Of a DNA stretch of 64,000 nt, positions 63,417-64,000 are shown in pieces. The notes under the pieces were generated by a model that saw nothing but the letters and a program-made list of their open reading frames with translations, was not told the origin of the DNA and ran no database searches. This DNA comes from Candidatus Yanofskybacteria bacterium RIFCSPLOWO2_01_FULL_39_28 (GTDB lineage: Bacteria; Patescibacteriota; Minisyncoccia; 2-02-FULL-40-12; GWA2-44-9): NCBI GenBank assembly GCA_001794635.1, contig MGKE01000006.1:7100-71099 (forward strand). Reading direction: 5' to 3'. A program made the position numbers and the translations under genes. The stretch's first letter is position 1. Every line of letters starts with the position of its first letter.

Positions 63417-63648
63417 CCCTCGCTCTTGTCACACCCCCCTGTTCATCATGGTTCCTCATCTTCATTACCAGATTCGGTATAGCAAGTATTGGTTAGCTAA
63501 AATAACAGGTAACCCTCACTTGCCTCCTCGCGGCCGCTCTCGGGCTCGCTGCTCGGCGTTCGACCTATTATTTTAGAACCAACATCTTGCCAACCTCATC
63601 TAGTGACTTGACTCGTCAAATGATTCACAGAGGGTGTGACTACGCGAT
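63417..63648. repeat. GC-rich branched imperfect palindrome (element C)
   Basis: GTCACACCC (63428-63436) pairs with GGGTGTGAC (63632-63640). A roughly 28-bp inner pairing joins agcaagtattggttagctaaaataacaggt with acctattattttagaaccaacatcttgc. The core is GC-rich and contains GCGGCCGC. Confidence 0.6.
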
Positions 63649-63690
63649 TAATACAACAAAAAGATGACCTTCTTTCAACAGAATAAAAAA

Positions 63691-63719
63691 TTGACTTGTT
63701 GTTGTAAAAGTTGTATATT
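63691..63719 (+). promoter_or_regulatory. sigma70-like promoter
   Basis: TTGACT (63691-63696), 17 nt, TATATT (63714-63719). Confidence 0.45.
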
Positions 63720-63746
63720 ATAAGTAATAAGAAAGGAGGTGGGGGC

Positions 63747-63992
63747 GTGGAGCAAATCCAACCAAGATCAGTCAGAGAAATTAGAATTATTGAAGAGGGG
63801 GAACCATGCTGCGGTCTACATCCTGATCATCGCACCAACGCTCTTTTATATAATGAAAGTGGTCAAATAATCGCTGTTGGCAAAGGTGATAATTGGTTAA
63901 CTGCTATTGGCCGTTTAATTAATGGTCATCCTGAACAGTTTAATGTTTCCATAAAAACTATTAAACCACAAAGCTCAAGAAAAGCCTTGTGA
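63747..63992 (+). CDS. hypothetical 81-aa protein
   Basis: GTG 63747 lies 5-6 nt after AAAGGAGGTG. The track's TTG start at 63711 lies inside the promoter. No family recognised. Confidence 0.4.
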   Translation: MEQIQPRSVREIRIIEEGEPCCGLHPDHRTNALLYNESGQIIAVGKGDNWLTAIGRLINGHPEQFNVSIKTIKPQSSRKAL

Positions 63993-64000
63993 TTATTTGT

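Overview
The window is an AT-rich, tightly packed bacterial segment. Hand-counted 60-nt lines give about 18-35% GC in ordinary regions. Content is mostly housekeeping: five aminoacyl-tRNA synthetases (gltX, serS, lysS, proS, a short alaS), translation factors (efp, frr, typA, fmt, def, rplI, rpmA), and cell-wall and shape genes (mreBCD-mrdA, a class A PBP, FtsQ-like, M23 and S41 peptidases). It also holds priA, rny, hup, gpmI, mnmA, pyrH and four tRNAs. The reduced metabolism, short AlaRS and many small orphan ORFs suggest a Patescibacteria/CPR-like genome. That placement is inference, not a search result.

No CRISPR array, rRNA, reverse transcriptase or obvious multi-gene defence operon was seen. 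The points most worth a second look are:
- a minus-strand tRNA-Arg / ORF / tRNA-Pro / ORF / tRNA-His arrangement with 2-4 nt spacers around a receiver-like ORF;
- a roughly 190-nt structured element present twice (4.3 kb and 25.1 kb) with compensatory stem changes and unresolved identity and strand;
- four non-triplet (7- or 8-nt unit) tandem-repeat tracts inside mnmA, plus related heptamer-periodic repeats in proS and in several leader regions;
- a family of GC-rich branched imperfect palindromes in intergenic regions;
- GC-rich (about 60-65%) islets carrying small ORFs under host-type promoters, including a 59-aa Cys-rich ORF below the ORF-track cutoff;
- a small cassette bounded by 18-bp inverted repeats, whose flank recurs upstream of a gene pair with an anti-sigma-like zinc-finger (HxxxCxxC) motif;
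- an IS with 24-bp terminal repeats and a 7-bp target duplication;
- a GIY-YIG gene broken by an in-frame TAA next to tRNA-Gly.

All functions are inferred from motifs read by eye. Start codons are best guesses.
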